A stretch of 64,000 nt of DNA from an uncultured bacterium (GCA_942492765.1 OW818634.1:729159-793158), one strand, 5' to 3'. Shown: positions 35,419-44,779, counted from the stretch's first letter. Translations and numbers: made by a program. Notes: generated by a model not told the origin, from the letters alone.

Positions 35419-35742
35419 TATTTTTAGTCTCTCCAGGGAGTTGCTGCATTAACAGCAGCCGCTTTAATTTTTATATCTTTCAGGCTTTGGGCCTTAGGAT
35501 GAATTTTATTATTTTTAGGCATAATACAAAAATGTTTTTTTATTCTATGATATCGACCTTTGTCTGGTTGCACAAACTTAGCCAGACTATCATTATAAAT
35601 TATATAATATTATAGACAAATACAAAATACTAATTTAGACTAAAAGTAGATTAGTATTAAAAATGGCAAAATTTTGATATTTTTTATTTAAAGATGTATA
35701 CCTATAATAGATATACATGATTAATAAATTAAGATTTAAAAT

Positions 35743-36423
35743 ATGGAATTTTTAATTAAGATAATAATAGTAATTATTATTGCCGCCTTTTTTGGCTATA
35801 TTATACCAGTAATCCATTTTTCTAAGCCCTGGGTTAATAGTCTTATTGTTGCAGTTATTAGCGCCGTTTATCTTTTTGGTTCTAGCGAAATTATAAACAT
35901 GATTGGTGAAATTTTTGATAAACCGCAAGTATATGTCAGCATACAAAAAAAATCTACAGAAATTAATATCAATTTAAAAACCAAAGGTACCATTACGAGG
36001 TTTTCCCTAAATTACCCGGTACAGGGGATAGTTACTAACCTTAATGACTTGAATTTAATTGCCGATGCCTACACGCCCGTAGCTCGTATAATTGGCGGGG
36101 CATCAGAAAATGATGTACAAAATATTCTAGAAATTTCAATCACAAATTTAAAGCCAGACGCCCAAATAAATTATAAAGTTTTTTATACCCCATCTATTGG
36201 GAACATTTTTATTATGGGGAATGACAAGTATCAGTATTCTTACGAGTGGGAGTATAAAGGAGAAAAAAAGTACAAATATGTTTGGAAAATGGTGTCTGAT
36301 AATTCAGAAACAACCTCTCCCAATGCTAGCGTTCAGGGAGTACAAATTTTTAATAGAGAATTAACGCCAGAAGAGATAAAAAAGATATACGAATCTGGTC
36401 CGTTAAAAAGGAATTTAAATTAG
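35743..36423 (+). CDS. Hypothetical membrane protein (two N-terminal TM helices plus a beta-rich C-terminal domain)
   Basis: 226-aa AT-rich ORF. TM helices are IIIVIIIAAFFGYIIPVI and LIVAVISAVYLFG. The C-terminal tail VQIFNRELTPEEIKKIY resembles the terminal strand motif of LamG/concanavalin-like domains. The promoter TATAAT (35703-35708) is bracketed by ATGTATA / TATACAT. Confidence 0.55.
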   Translation: MEFLIKIIIVIIIAAFFGYIIPVIHFSKPWVNSLIVAVISAVYLFGSSEIINMIGEIFDKPQVYVSIQKKSTEININLKTKGTITRFSLNYPVQGIVTNLNDLNLIADAYTPVARIIGGASENDVQNILEISITNLKPDAQINYKVFYTPSIGNIFIMGNDKYQYSYEWEYKGEKKYKYVWKMVSDNSETTSPNASVQGVQIFNRELTPEEIKKIYESGPLKRNLN

Positions 36424-36510
36424 GTGCTTATTTGTTATATTAAAAAAACAAATCCTCTCCAAAGTCAATCTTGCTTTTAGGGGCTATCCGGGCTAAAATG
36501 ATTAAAAGAT

Positions 36511-38598
36511 ATGAGCCCATATTTTCTAAAAAATGCCCATAAAAGCCGCTTGATAGAATCCTTGCGCGAGCAGAAAGAGGATCCTTTTTTAGTGAAGGAG
36601 GGGAAATTTAATTTCGGCGGGCTCAAGGATTCGCTCTATCAGACTGATTGGACCGAGGAATCATTCTTGGCTGATTCGAGTCATAAAGAAATGGTCAGCC
36701 GCTCCTTTGATCTGAGCCAGCTCCGCTACTTCATCCTCTTCGGCGCTCTCGCCCTCGGCCTTCTGCTTGTCCGCTCTTTCTGGCTGCAGATAAATAAGAA
36801 CGATTATTATAGCCTCCTCTCCGAGAATAACCGCTTGCGCGCCGAAGTCATCGAACCGAAGCGGGGCATAATCTATACCCGCGACATGGAGCCGCTCGTC
36901 CGGAACAAGGCGAACTTCGTCCTCTACTTCAAACCGATCGAGCTGCCTAAAGACGAGCTTGTCCGCGACGATATGCTCCGGCGCCTGAGCCTGATAATGG
37001 AGGGCAGTGCGACCACGACTCGGTTAGCCGACGCTAGCGCTAACGGCCTGGCGGTCGTGTCTGATAATGCGACTTTCTATAAGATGAAAGATATCCTGGC
37101 TAAGGTGAAGATGGGCTCGCTCGAATCATATCAGCCGCTTTTCATCGCCGATAACGTCGAGTATGACAAGGCTATGCTCATCGCGCTCGACCTGCCGGAA
37201 TGGCCCGGCGTCTTCTTGTCGAGCAAGATACGCCGCGAATATCTGGTCTCATCCGCTTCTTCTAGCCCGCAAGTTCTCGGCGAGAGCAGCTTTTCTCATA
37301 TCTTGGGCTATACTGGAAAAATCAGCGCTGATGAATTAGCTAGCTTGGGTTCTAATTATTCTCCGATAGATTATGTCGGCAAGATGGGCATCGAATATTA
37401 TTGGGAGAAAGAATTGAAAGGCAAGGCCGGCAGGAAGAATATCGAAGTGGACGCTCTCGGCCGCCAGAAGAAGATTATTAATGAAGAATCGGCCCAAGAC
37501 GGCGCTAACTTGCATCTGTCTTTAGACTTGGGACTCCAACAGAAAGCGGAGGCGGTCACGGCCGCTTATCTGGAGAAAGCTAAGCTGCATCGTGCTTCCG
37601 TCATTATCATAAATCCGCAGAACGGTGAAATCTTAGCTTTAGTCAGCTTGCCTGGCTATGATAATAATGCTTTCGCGCGCGGTATCAGCCAGGCCGAGTA
37701 TTCTAAATTCTTGAATGATTCGGATCGTCCGCTCTTTAATCGTTCGGTCAGCGGCGAATTTCCGTCCGGCTCAACAATCAAACCGGTCTTCGCGGCCGGC
37801 GCCTTGCAAGAGAATGTCATTACTCAGAAAACCAGCTTTTTAAGCACGGGCGGCCTGCGCATCGGCGAATGGTTCTTCCCGGATTGGAAGGCCGGCGGCC
37901 ATGGCACTATCAATGTCCGTTCCGCCTTAGCTTGGTCAGTCAATACTTTTTTCTATTATATCGGCGGCGGCTATGGTGACTTTAAAGGCCTAGGCGTCGA
38001 AGGACTGGTCAAATATGCCCGCCTCTTCGGGCTCGGTGAGAAGACTGGCGTTGATTTGCCCGGCGAACAGGCCGGCTTCGTGCCGACAGTCGCCTGGAAA
38101 GAAGAGGTTAAGAACGAGCCCTGGTATATCGGCGATACTTATCATTTCGCTATTGGCCAAGGCGACGTGCTCGTGACTCCGCTCCAGGTCGCGAACTATA
38201 ACGCGGCGATAGCTAACGGCGGAACTCTATATGAGCCGCACCTAGTCAGTCAGATATTAGGCGAAGGCGATAAAGTCATCAGAGATATCGCGCCTAAGAT
38301 AATCCGGAAAGATTTCATCTCCCCGGAGAATATCGAGATAGTGCGTCAGGGCATGAGGGAAACCGTCGCTTATGGCAGCGCTCGGTCTCTTGATGCCCTG
38401 CCGGTTAAGGTCGCCGGCAAGACCGGCACTGCCCAATGGTCGAGCAAGAAAGGGCCGCATGCTTGGTTCATCGGCTTCGCGCCTTATGATGATCCTAATA
38501 TCGCGATTACTGTCTTAGTAGAAGAAGGCGTCGAGGGCAGCGCTATCGCCGTGCCGATCGCCAAAGATATCCTGAACTGGTATTACAGCCCTCAATAA
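36511..38598 (+). CDS. mrdA: Penicillin-binding protein 2 (class B transpeptidase)
   Basis: N-terminal TM helix, dimerisation domain, and transpeptidase motifs STIKP (SxxK), SVN and KTGTA. Confidence 0.9.
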   Translation: MSPYFLKNAHKSRLIESLREQKEDPFLVKEGKFNFGGLKDSLYQTDWTEESFLADSSHKEMVSRSFDLSQLRYFILFGALALGLLLVRSFWLQINKNDYYSLLSENNRLRAEVIEPKRGIIYTRDMEPLVRNKANFVLYFKPIELPKDELVRDDMLRRLSLIMEGSATTTRLADASANGLAVVSDNATFYKMKDILAKVKMGSLESYQPLFIADNVEYDKAMLIALDLPEWPGVFLSSKIRREYLVSSASSSPQVLGESSFSHILGYTGKISADELASLGSNYSPIDYVGKMGIEYYWEKELKGKAGRKNIEVDALGRQKKIINEESAQDGANLHLSLDLGLQQKAEAVTAAYLEKAKLHRASVIIINPQNGEILALVSLPGYDNNAFARGISQAEYSKFLNDSDRPLFNRSVSGEFPSGSTIKPVFAAGALQENVITQKTSFLSTGGLRIGEWFFPDWKAGGHGTINVRSALAWSVNTFFYYIGGGYGDFKGLGVEGLVKYARLFGLGEKTGVDLPGEQAGFVPTVAWKEEVKNEPWYIGDTYHFAIGQGDVLVTPLQVANYNAAIANGGTLYEPHLVSQILGEGDKVIRDIAPKIIRKDFISPENIEIVRQGMRETVAYGSARSLDALPVKVAGKTGTAQWSSKKGPHAWFIGFAPYDDPNIAITVLVEEGVEGSAIAVPIAKDILNWYYSPQ

Positions 38599-38601
38599 GC
38601 T

Positions 38602-39099
38602 ATGCATATATCTTTAGCTCTCCATATAGCCATTCATTTTATTATTGCCGCCCTGACGGGCCTGGCTGTCGGTTTTTATTTTAAGAAGCCTTGGCTCGGA
38701 CTGATCGCCGGCGTCATGGGCGGGCTCTTGATTGACCTCGACCATGTCTTGGAGTATTTTTTCATTTTCGGACCGCATTTTAATCTTGCTTATTTCTTGG
38801 AAGGCCGTCAGTTTCTGATCAGCAATAAGATCTTATTAATTTTCCACGGCTGGGAGTATGCTACTGTCATATTAGTCGCCGCTTGGCTCCTGCGCCGCCG
38901 TCGCCATATCTATATCTTCTTGCTCGCCCTAGCTTGCGGGGGAATAGTCCATTTAGCCTCGGATTGCATCCTGAACGATTATCCGCCGCGCAATTATTCT
39001 ATCATCTACCGGGCCTCTCAGGGGTTTTCCGCTTCGACTCTACTCAATCCCGAGCAGCAGGCTTGGTATGACGAGCTCCGGCAGGAATTGGGATTATAG
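38602..39099 (+). CDS. Membrane-bound metal-dependent hydrolase-like protein (YdjM/DUF457-like)
   Basis: 165 aa with 4-5 TM helices and His/Asp-rich loops (IDLDHVLEY, HGWEY, HLASD). Confidence 0.5.
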   Translation: MHISLALHIAIHFIIAALTGLAVGFYFKKPWLGLIAGVMGGLLIDLDHVLEYFFIFGPHFNLAYFLEGRQFLISNKILLIFHGWEYATVILVAAWLLRRRRHIYIFLLALACGGIVHLASDCILNDYPPRNYSIIYRASQGFSASTLLNPEQQAWYDELRQELGL

Positions 39100-39129
39100 G
39101 CTAATATAAAGTAAATTATTATAATGTTA

Positions 39130-39158
39130 TTGACAAAATTATACAAATATGGTATAAT
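39130..39158 (+). promoter_or_regulatory. Perfect consensus sigma70 promoter
   Basis: TTGACA, 17-nt spacer, TATAAT. Confidence 0.65.
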
Positions 39159-39186
39159 TTTTTGTTAGTATAGATCTTTGAAATAG

Positions 39187-39242
39187 AAGTTTTAATGGTT
39201 TCCAGAGTGGGCCAGCGCCTTTTGTGGAAACCATTAAAACTT
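39187..39242 (+). promoter_or_regulatory. 18-bp perfect inverted repeat (stem-loop) in the 5' leader, ending 5 nt before the ATG
   Basis: AAGTTTTAATGGTTTCCA (39187-39204) and TGGAAACCATTAAAACTT (39225-39242) are exact reverse complements. The 20-nt loop is GC-rich (GAGTGGGCCAGCGCCTTTTG). Confidence 0.8.
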
Positions 39243-39247
39243 AAAAA

Positions 39248-39637
39248 ATGAACTATAAATCAGAATTTTCAAATGGAGGCGCAAATCCATGGTGGGAATT
39301 GCTAGAGATTACTGCCGAACTAGGCTTTGCCAAAGGCCTTACTATTGAAGGCAGAACTTGGGGTCATGACGGCTGTGAAATACGTCTTTTTGATGAAAAG
39401 CATCAGGAGATGGGTCATTATCGTTATGATTACCATTGGAATTTGTTTTATGAGCATCAGATGGCCAAAGATCTCGCCGCAGACATGAATCTTTTGCTTG
39501 AATTAATGGGAATCGATTCCTCGGTTAGCTCAAGTGATTTATTTCCCGTGGCGCAAGAAATGCGCCGAAAATGCGAAATGCGTTGCGGCAACCCTTTGCC
39601 TGATTCCGACTATGAGGTTCGGGTAACGTTCATTTAA
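39248..39637 (+). CDS. Hypothetical protein (129 aa)
   Basis: ORF with a consensus promoter, a structured leader and a strong terminator. It is His/Trp/Tyr-rich (GHYRYDYHWNLFYEH). No family recognised. Confidence 0.55.
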   Translation: MNYKSEFSNGGANPWWELLEITAELGFAKGLTIEGRTWGHDGCEIRLFDEKHQEMGHYRYDYHWNLFYEHQMAKDLAADMNLLLELMGIDSSVSSSDLFPVAQEMRRKCEMRCGNPLPDSDYEVRVTFI

Positions 39638-39645
39638 GACTTCGA

Positions 39646-39685
39646 AAAGAATATAGCTTAACACTATATTCTTTTTTATTTTTTC
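39646..39685 (+). terminator. Rho-independent terminator
   Basis: Stem AAAGAATATAG / CTATATTCTTT followed by a long T-run. Confidence 0.8.
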
Positions 39686-39689
39686 CTTA

Positions 39690-39716
39690 TTAGCACTCTC
39701 TTGACTTGAGTGCTAA
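39690..39716 (+). promoter_or_regulatory. CIRCE operator (HrcA binding site) overlapping the hrcA promoter
   Basis: TTAGCACTC-N9-GAGTGCTAA is an exact match to the CIRCE consensus. A -35 box TTGACT lies inside the spacer (39701-39706), and TATAAT is at 39723-39728. Confidence 0.9.
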
Positions 39717-39736
39717 TTTTGTTATAATAGGGCTAT

Positions 39737-40432
39737 ATGATATCCGACCGCAAAAAATTCCTGCTTGAGACCATAATCAGGGAGTACGTTAAAACCGCGA
39801 CTCCGGTCTCTTCGGGCATGCTGGTCGAAAAATATAAATTAGATATCTCGCCGGCGACCGTCCGCAACGAGATGATGGAGCTGGAAGAGGAAGGCTATAT
39901 CTATCAGCCGCATACGTCCAGCGGCCGAATCCCGACCGAAGCCGCCTATGAACTTTTCATCGCCGGATTCAAGGAAGCGAAGAAAAAGAAAGGCTTAAGA
40001 GAAGCGGATGAGAAATCGTTAGACCAGATGTTCAAGCGCGAGGAAACTGCTTATAAAGCGACGGCTAAAGCAATCGCCGAATTATCCAGCGCCGCCGTCT
40101 TCTGGGCTTTCCATAAGAATGACTTGTATTATACCGGGCTCAGCAATCTTTTCTCTCAGCCGGAATTCCGCCAAGTCAACGCCGTTTGTGATGTCTCCGG
40201 AGTGATTGATCGTCTCGAAGATATCATCGACGAGGTTTTTGAGGACCTAGAAGAAGGAGAACAAATATTGATCGGCTCGAAGAATCCTTTCGGGAATTTC
40301 CTGAGCGCGGTTATCGTTAAATATAAGCATAACAATCAGAGCGGCGTTTTGGGAATATTAGGTCCGATGCGCATGGACTATGAGAAGAATTTAGCTTTAG
40401 TAGAATTCATTAAGAGAAAATTTTCAACATAA
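39737..40432 (+). CDS. hrcA: Heat-inducible transcription repressor HrcA (short form, 231 aa)
   Basis: N-terminal wHTH RKKFLLETIIREYVKTATPVSSGMLVEKY...SPATVRNEMMELEEEGYI.QPHTSSGRIPT. Preceded by CIRCE and followed by grpE. Confidence 0.9.
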   Translation: MISDRKKFLLETIIREYVKTATPVSSGMLVEKYKLDISPATVRNEMMELEEEGYIYQPHTSSGRIPTEAAYELFIAGFKEAKKKKGLREADEKSLDQMFKREETAYKATAKAIAELSSAAVFWAFHKNDLYYTGLSNLFSQPEFRQVNAVCDVSGVIDRLEDIIDEVFEDLEEGEQILIGSKNPFGNFLSAVIVKYKHNNQSGVLGILGPMRMDYEKNLALVEFIKRKFST

Positions 40433-40435
40433 CTT

Positions 40436-41050
40436 ATGGATAATTTAAAAAAAGGAATATATCGCCATTATAAGGGAAATGAATATCGGATGATAGAAGA
40501 AGGACAATTAGAGCACGATAAGGAAGACATGGTTATTTATGGCGCTATTGATGGCGGTAATTTGTGGATTCGGCCGAAGGCTGAATTTCTGGAGGAGGTC
40601 GAAGTGGATAGTATAAAAAAACCGCGCTTCGAATTCTTGCGCGAGGAAGAAGCTGAGACGAGCGAGAATAAATACCTCCGCGCCCTGGCTGATTACCAGA
40701 ACCTCTTGAAACAGACAGCGAAGGATAGAGAGGATTTTATCAAGTACGCGTTGTCTGATTTCTTGCAGGATATCCTGCCGGTCTATGACCATCTGAAACT
40801 GTCCATGTCCGGACTGAACGAAGAAGAGGCCAAGAACCCTTGGGCCGTCGGAGTGAAGCATGTCCTTAAGCAATTCAAAGACATTTTGGAAGCGAGAGGT
40901 GTCGAAGAGATCAAGACCATCGGCGAGAAGTTTGATCATGATCTGATGGAGGCGCTGGATGGCCAAGGCGAGAAAGTTAAGCAAGAAATCATGCCGGGCT
41001 ATAAGCTGAATGGAAAAGTCATCCGGCATGCGAAAGTCATAGTTGAATAA
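40436..41050 (+). CDS. grpE: GrpE nucleotide exchange factor with an N-terminal DUF1653-like domain
   Basis: Residues about 5-65 (GIYRHYKGNEYRMI...MVIYGAIDGGNLWIRPKAEFLEEVEVD..KPRFEF) look like DUF1653. The remainder (YLRALADYQNL...FDHDLMEAL...GYKLNGKVIRHAKVIV) is GrpE. Confidence 0.85.
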   Translation: MDNLKKGIYRHYKGNEYRMIEEGQLEHDKEDMVIYGAIDGGNLWIRPKAEFLEEVEVDSIKKPRFEFLREEEAETSENKYLRALADYQNLLKQTAKDREDFIKYALSDFLQDILPVYDHLKLSMSGLNEEEAKNPWAVGVKHVLKQFKDILEARGVEEIKTIGEKFDHDLMEALDGQGEKVKQEIMPGYKLNGKVIRHAKVIVE

Positions 41051-41118
41051 AATCATTAATTTTTTCTTGCCGTCTCTACTGGGCTCGGCCCAAGTTTTAC
41101 GGGAAGATATATAAATTT

Positions 41119-41550
41119 ATGTCACTCATCAAATGGGCCCCATTTTTTCCAGAGTTTGATGACATGGATAAGATGATGGGCGAAATGCTGCCGGCGGTGC
41201 GCGGCAATCAATTCGGATTCACGCCCGCGATCGACATGTATGAAGACAAGGACAACGTCGTCGTCGAGACGCAATTAGGCGGCATCGATCCGGAGAAAGT
41301 CGATATTTCGATCGAGAATAACGTCCTGACTATCAAAGGAGAGAGCGAAAAGAAGAGCGAAGTCGAGGATAAGAATTATTACCGCAAGGAGATCCGCCGC
41401 GGCTCTTTCTACCGTTCTATCCCGCTGCCGACGAAAGTCGATGGCGATAAGGCAATAGCTACTAATGACGAAGGCATCCTGAAGATTACTGTGCCGAAAG
41501 CGGCCGAAGTCAAGCCGAAGACTATTAAGATATTAGCTAAGAAGAAATAA
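41119..41550 (+). CDS. Small heat shock protein (Hsp20/alpha-crystallin family)
   Basis: 143 aa. The alpha-crystallin domain pattern is PAIDMYEDKDNVVVETQLGG...ISIENNVLTIKGE...GSFYRSIPLP...GILKITVPK. Confidence 0.9.
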   Translation: MSLIKWAPFFPEFDDMDKMMGEMLPAVRGNQFGFTPAIDMYEDKDNVVVETQLGGIDPEKVDISIENNVLTIKGESEKKSEVEDKNYYRKEIRRGSFYRSIPLPTKVDGDKAIATNDEGILKITVPKAAEVKPKTIKILAKKK

Positions 41551-41628
41551 TCGTTGGCTGACACTAGCCCTGTTTCGGGGGCTAGGAATGAGCCAATAAT
41601 TAAAATAATTAATTAAACAAAAAAACAT

Positions 41629-43548
41629 ATGTCAAAAATTTTAGGAATCGATCTGGGAACGACGAATTCCGCCATGGCTATCATGGAGGGCGGCGCTCCG
41701 AAGATCTTGGAGAACATCGAAGGCAATCGCACGACTCCGTCGATTGTTGCGATGTCTAAAAATAACGAGCGCATTGTCGGCCAATCCGCCAAGCGCCAGG
41801 CCGTCATTAATCCGGAAAATACCGTCTATGCCGTTAAGCGTTTGATCGGCCGCCATTTTTCCGAGGACGAAGTCCAGCGCGATTTAAAAACTGCACCGTA
41901 CAAGATCTTGCAAGCCGGCGAAGGCGTGAAGGTCAAGATCGGTGATAAGGAATATACGCCGCAAGAGATTTCCGCGATGATTCTTTCTAAATTGAAAGCA
42001 GACGCCGAAGCGAAACTGGGAGAAACTATCACCGAAGCGATCATTACCGTGCCGGCTTACTTTAACGATGCTCAGCGCCAGGCCACGAAAGATGCCGGCA
42101 CGATTGCCGGTCTCGACGTCAAGCGTATTATCAACGAACCGACTGCGGCCGCTCTGGCTTACGGCTTTGATAAGAAGCAAGGTCAGAAGATTGTCGTCTA
42201 TGATTTAGGCGGCGGCACTTTCGATGTTTCTGTTTTAGACATTTCTGCCGATACCGTTGAAGTTAAAGCCACTAACGGCGATACGCATCTGGGCGGCGAA
42301 GATTTCGATCAGAGAATCATTAATTGGATCATCGAAGAGTTCAAGAAGGATCAGGGCATCGATTTATCCAAGGATACTTTAGCTCTGCAACGCATCAAGG
42401 AATCTGCCGAAAAGGCGAAAATCGAATTATCGACCGCGCAAGAGACCGAAATCAATCAGCCGTTCATTACGACCGATGCCAATGGTCCGAAGCACTTGGT
42501 CATGAAGATATCCCGTGCTAAATTAGAGGCTTTAGTCATGGATCTCGTCGAGAAGACGATCGAGCCGTGCAAAAAGGCTTTGGCCGATTCCGGTTTTAAA
42601 TTAAGCGATATTAATGAAGTTGTCATGGTCGGCGGCATGACCCGCATGCCTTTAGTGCTTCAGAAGGTCAAGGAGTTTTTCGGCAAAGAACCGAACCTGA
42701 CCGTTAATCCTGATGAAGTCGTCGCCATGGGCGCGGCGGTTCAGGCTGGCGTGCTCCAAGGAGACGTTAAGGACGTCTTGTTATTAGATGTTACTCCGTT
42801 AACTTTAGGCATTGAAACTTTGGGCGGTGTTGCTACTCCTTTAATCGAAAGAAATACGACTATTCCGACTTCTAAGTCTCAGGTTTTCTCAACGGCTGCT
42901 GACGGACAGACTGCGGTCGAGATTCATATCGTCCAGGGCGAACGCCCGATGGCGAGCGATAATAAGACTTTAGGTCACTTCACGCTCGATGGTATTCCGT
43001 CTGCGCCGCGCGGCATCCCTCAGGTCGAAGTTAAATTCGATTTGGATGCTAACGGCATCTTGAATGTATCCGCGACTGATAAGGCGACTAATAAGCAGCA
43101 GAAGATTACGATTACCGCTTCATCCGGACTCTCCAAAGAAGAGATCGAGAAGATGAAGAAGGAGGCGGAATTGCATTCTGAAGAAGATAAGAAGAAGAAG
43201 GAAGAGGTCGAGATTAAGAATCAGGCCGATGCCGTCAGCTTCACGATGGAAAAGATGATCAAGGAGTCAGGTGATAAGATGAAGCCCGAAGATAAGAAAG
43301 AACTTGAAGACAAGAACGCCGAACTTAAGAAAGCGAAGGAATCCGGCAATCTTGAAGATATGAAAAAGAAAATGGAAGAGATCAACGCGATCGCGCAGAG
43401 AATCGGCGCGGCCATGTATCAGCAGCCGGGAGCCGGCGCTCCGGGAGCCGATCAGGCCGGGGCCGGACAGGCTGATGCCGGCGCTACTGGCGCAGGCGAA
43501 AAGAAAGACGATAATGTCGTCGAAGGCGAGGTCGAAGAAAAGAAATAA
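41629..43548 (+). CDS. dnaK: Molecular chaperone DnaK (Hsp70)
   Basis: [17 protein letters not shown] and [11 protein letters not shown] are present. 639 aa. Confidence 0.98.
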   Translation: MSKILGIDLGTTNSAMAIMEGGAPKILENIEGNRTTPSIVAMSKNNERIVGQSAKRQAVINPENTVYAVKRLIGRHFSEDEVQRDLKTAPYKILQAGEGVKVKIGDKEYTPQEISAMILSKLKADAEAKLGETITEAIITVPAYFNDAQRQATKDAGTIAGLDVKRIINEPTAAALAYGFDKKQGQKIVVYDLGGGTFDVSVLDISADTVEVKATNGDTHLGGEDFDQRIINWIIEEFKKDQGIDLSKDTLALQRIKESAEKAKIELSTAQETEINQPFITTDANGPKHLVMKISRAKLEALVMDLVEKTIEPCKKALADSGFKLSDINEVVMVGGMTRMPLVLQKVKEFFGKEPNLTVNPDEVVAMGAAVQAGVLQGDVKDVLLLDVTPLTLGIETLGGVATPLIERNTTIPTSKSQVFSTAADGQTAVEIHIVQGERPMASDNKTLGHFTLDGIPSAPRGIPQVEVKFDLDANGILNVSATDKATNKQQKITITASSGLSKEEIEKMKKEAELHSEEDKKKKEEVEIKNQADAVSFTMEKMIKESGDKMKPEDKKELEDKNAELKKAKESGNLEDMKKKMEEINAIAQRIGAAMYQQPGAGAPGADQAGAGQADAGATGAGEKKDDNVVEGEVEEKK

Positions 43549-43563
43549 TTTCTTTGTTCATAG

Positions 43564-43589
43564 GCTGTCTCTCATTTATGAGAGACAGC
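43564..43589 (+). terminator. Stem-loop terminator after dnaK
   Basis: Perfect 11-bp stem GCTGTCTCTCA / TGAGAGACAGC with loop TTTA, then TTGTT. Confidence 0.7.
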
Positions 43590-43627
43590 TTGTTGAATAA
43601 ATAAATATATCCGCTGAATACATAATT

Positions 43628-44707
43628 ATGTCAAAAGACTATTACAATATTTTAGGCGTCGGTAAGAGCGCCTCTCAGGACGAGATCAAGGCGGCTTTCC
43701 GCAAGAAAGCGCACGAGCATCATCCGGACAAAGGCGGCGACGCGGAAAAATTCAAAGAGCTTAATGAAGCCCACCAGGTTTTAGGCAACCCGGAGAAGCG
43801 GCAGCAGTATGACCGCTTCGGTTCAGCTTATCAGAACGGCCAGGCTGGCGGCGCGGGCGGCTTCGGCGGCGGTTTTAGCGGCTTTCAGGGCGGCCAAGGA
43901 TTTGATTTTGAAGATCTGGGAGATATGTTCGGCGGTTTTGGCGATATTTTTGGTTTTGGCGGAGGCGGAGGCTCTTCTCGAAAGCAAGCTCGCGGCCGTG
44001 ATCTAGAGATGAAAGTCAGTTTAGATTTTTTAGAAGCAGCTTTCGGTTTGGAAAAAGAAATCAGTTTTTCTAAGAATATAACTTGCGACCGCTGCCATGG
44101 CAATGGCGCTGAACCAGGCGCTAAAGTAGAAACTTGCCCGACCTGTAAAGGTTCGGGCCAGGTCAGCCGCCTCCAGCGCACCATCCTTGGCAATATCCAG
44201 ACACAGGCGACTTGCTCGCATTGCCACGGCGAAGGCAAGATTTATTCTCAGAAATGCACGAAATGCGAAGGTAGCGGCGTTTATCATGATCATGTCAGCT
44301 TCAAGGTCAAGATTCCGGCCGGCATTAACGATGGTGAATCGATCAGGCTGAGCGGCCAGGGCGAAGCCGGCCAGAAAGGCGCTCCGGCTGGCGATCTGTA
44401 TCTGCGCGTTTCAGTCAGGAATCATAAGAGATTTGTCCGCGCTGGCTATGATATCCGGACAGAAGAGAAGATTAGCGTAAAACAGGCGGTACTAGGCGAT
44501 AAGATTGATGTCGAGACTATCCATGGTCCGGTGAAGCTGAAGATTCCGGAAGGAACGCAATCAGGGACGGTCTTCAAGCTGAAAGAGAAGGGGGTCACGA
44601 AATTGAATAATCGGGGGATAGGCGATCAGTTTATCAAGGTCATTGTCGAAATCCCGAAGAGCTTGAGTAAGAAGCAGAAACAGATGCTGGAAGAATTGGA
44701 TATTTAG
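43628..44707 (+). CDS. dnaJ: Molecular chaperone DnaJ
   Basis: J domain with HPD (DYYNILGV...HHPDK), a G/F-rich region and four CxxCxG zinc-finger repeats. Confidence 0.97.
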   Translation: MSKDYYNILGVGKSASQDEIKAAFRKKAHEHHPDKGGDAEKFKELNEAHQVLGNPEKRQQYDRFGSAYQNGQAGGAGGFGGGFSGFQGGQGFDFEDLGDMFGGFGDIFGFGGGGGSSRKQARGRDLEMKVSLDFLEAAFGLEKEISFSKNITCDRCHGNGAEPGAKVETCPTCKGSGQVSRLQRTILGNIQTQATCSHCHGEGKIYSQKCTKCEGSGVYHDHVSFKVKIPAGINDGESIRLSGQGEAGQKGAPAGDLYLRVSVRNHKRFVRAGYDIRTEEKISVKQAVLGDKIDVETIHGPVKLKIPEGTQSGTVFKLKEKGVTKLNNRGIGDQFIKVIVEIPKSLSKKQKQMLEELDI

Positions 44708-44779
44708 GCCGTTTTTATTGACTATTCTGCTCAGGATGTTAAACTATAAGTGAGTTTATTATTAATTTACCCAAAATTT

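Noticed and set aside
35397-35615. 72-aa plus-strand ORF in the island spacer
   Set aside because: It starts with GTG inside the GC-rich hairpin, which is probably not a true start. It has odd Phe/Ile/Cys-rich composition and no promoter or RBS context. The region is more plausibly non-coding.
32488-36470. Short imperfect inverted repeat at the island edges (TTTGGGGAGAGAGG near 32488 versus the reverse complement of CCTCTCCAAA near 36455) as possible terminal repeats
   Set aside because: Only about 10 matching bases with gaps, which is within chance expectation. No transposase or integrase is present to support a mobile-element interpretation.
40508-41056. 182-aa minus-strand ORF antisense to grpE
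   Set aside because: It is a shadow ORF of a well-supported gene. It has no motifs and no independent promoter or terminator signals.
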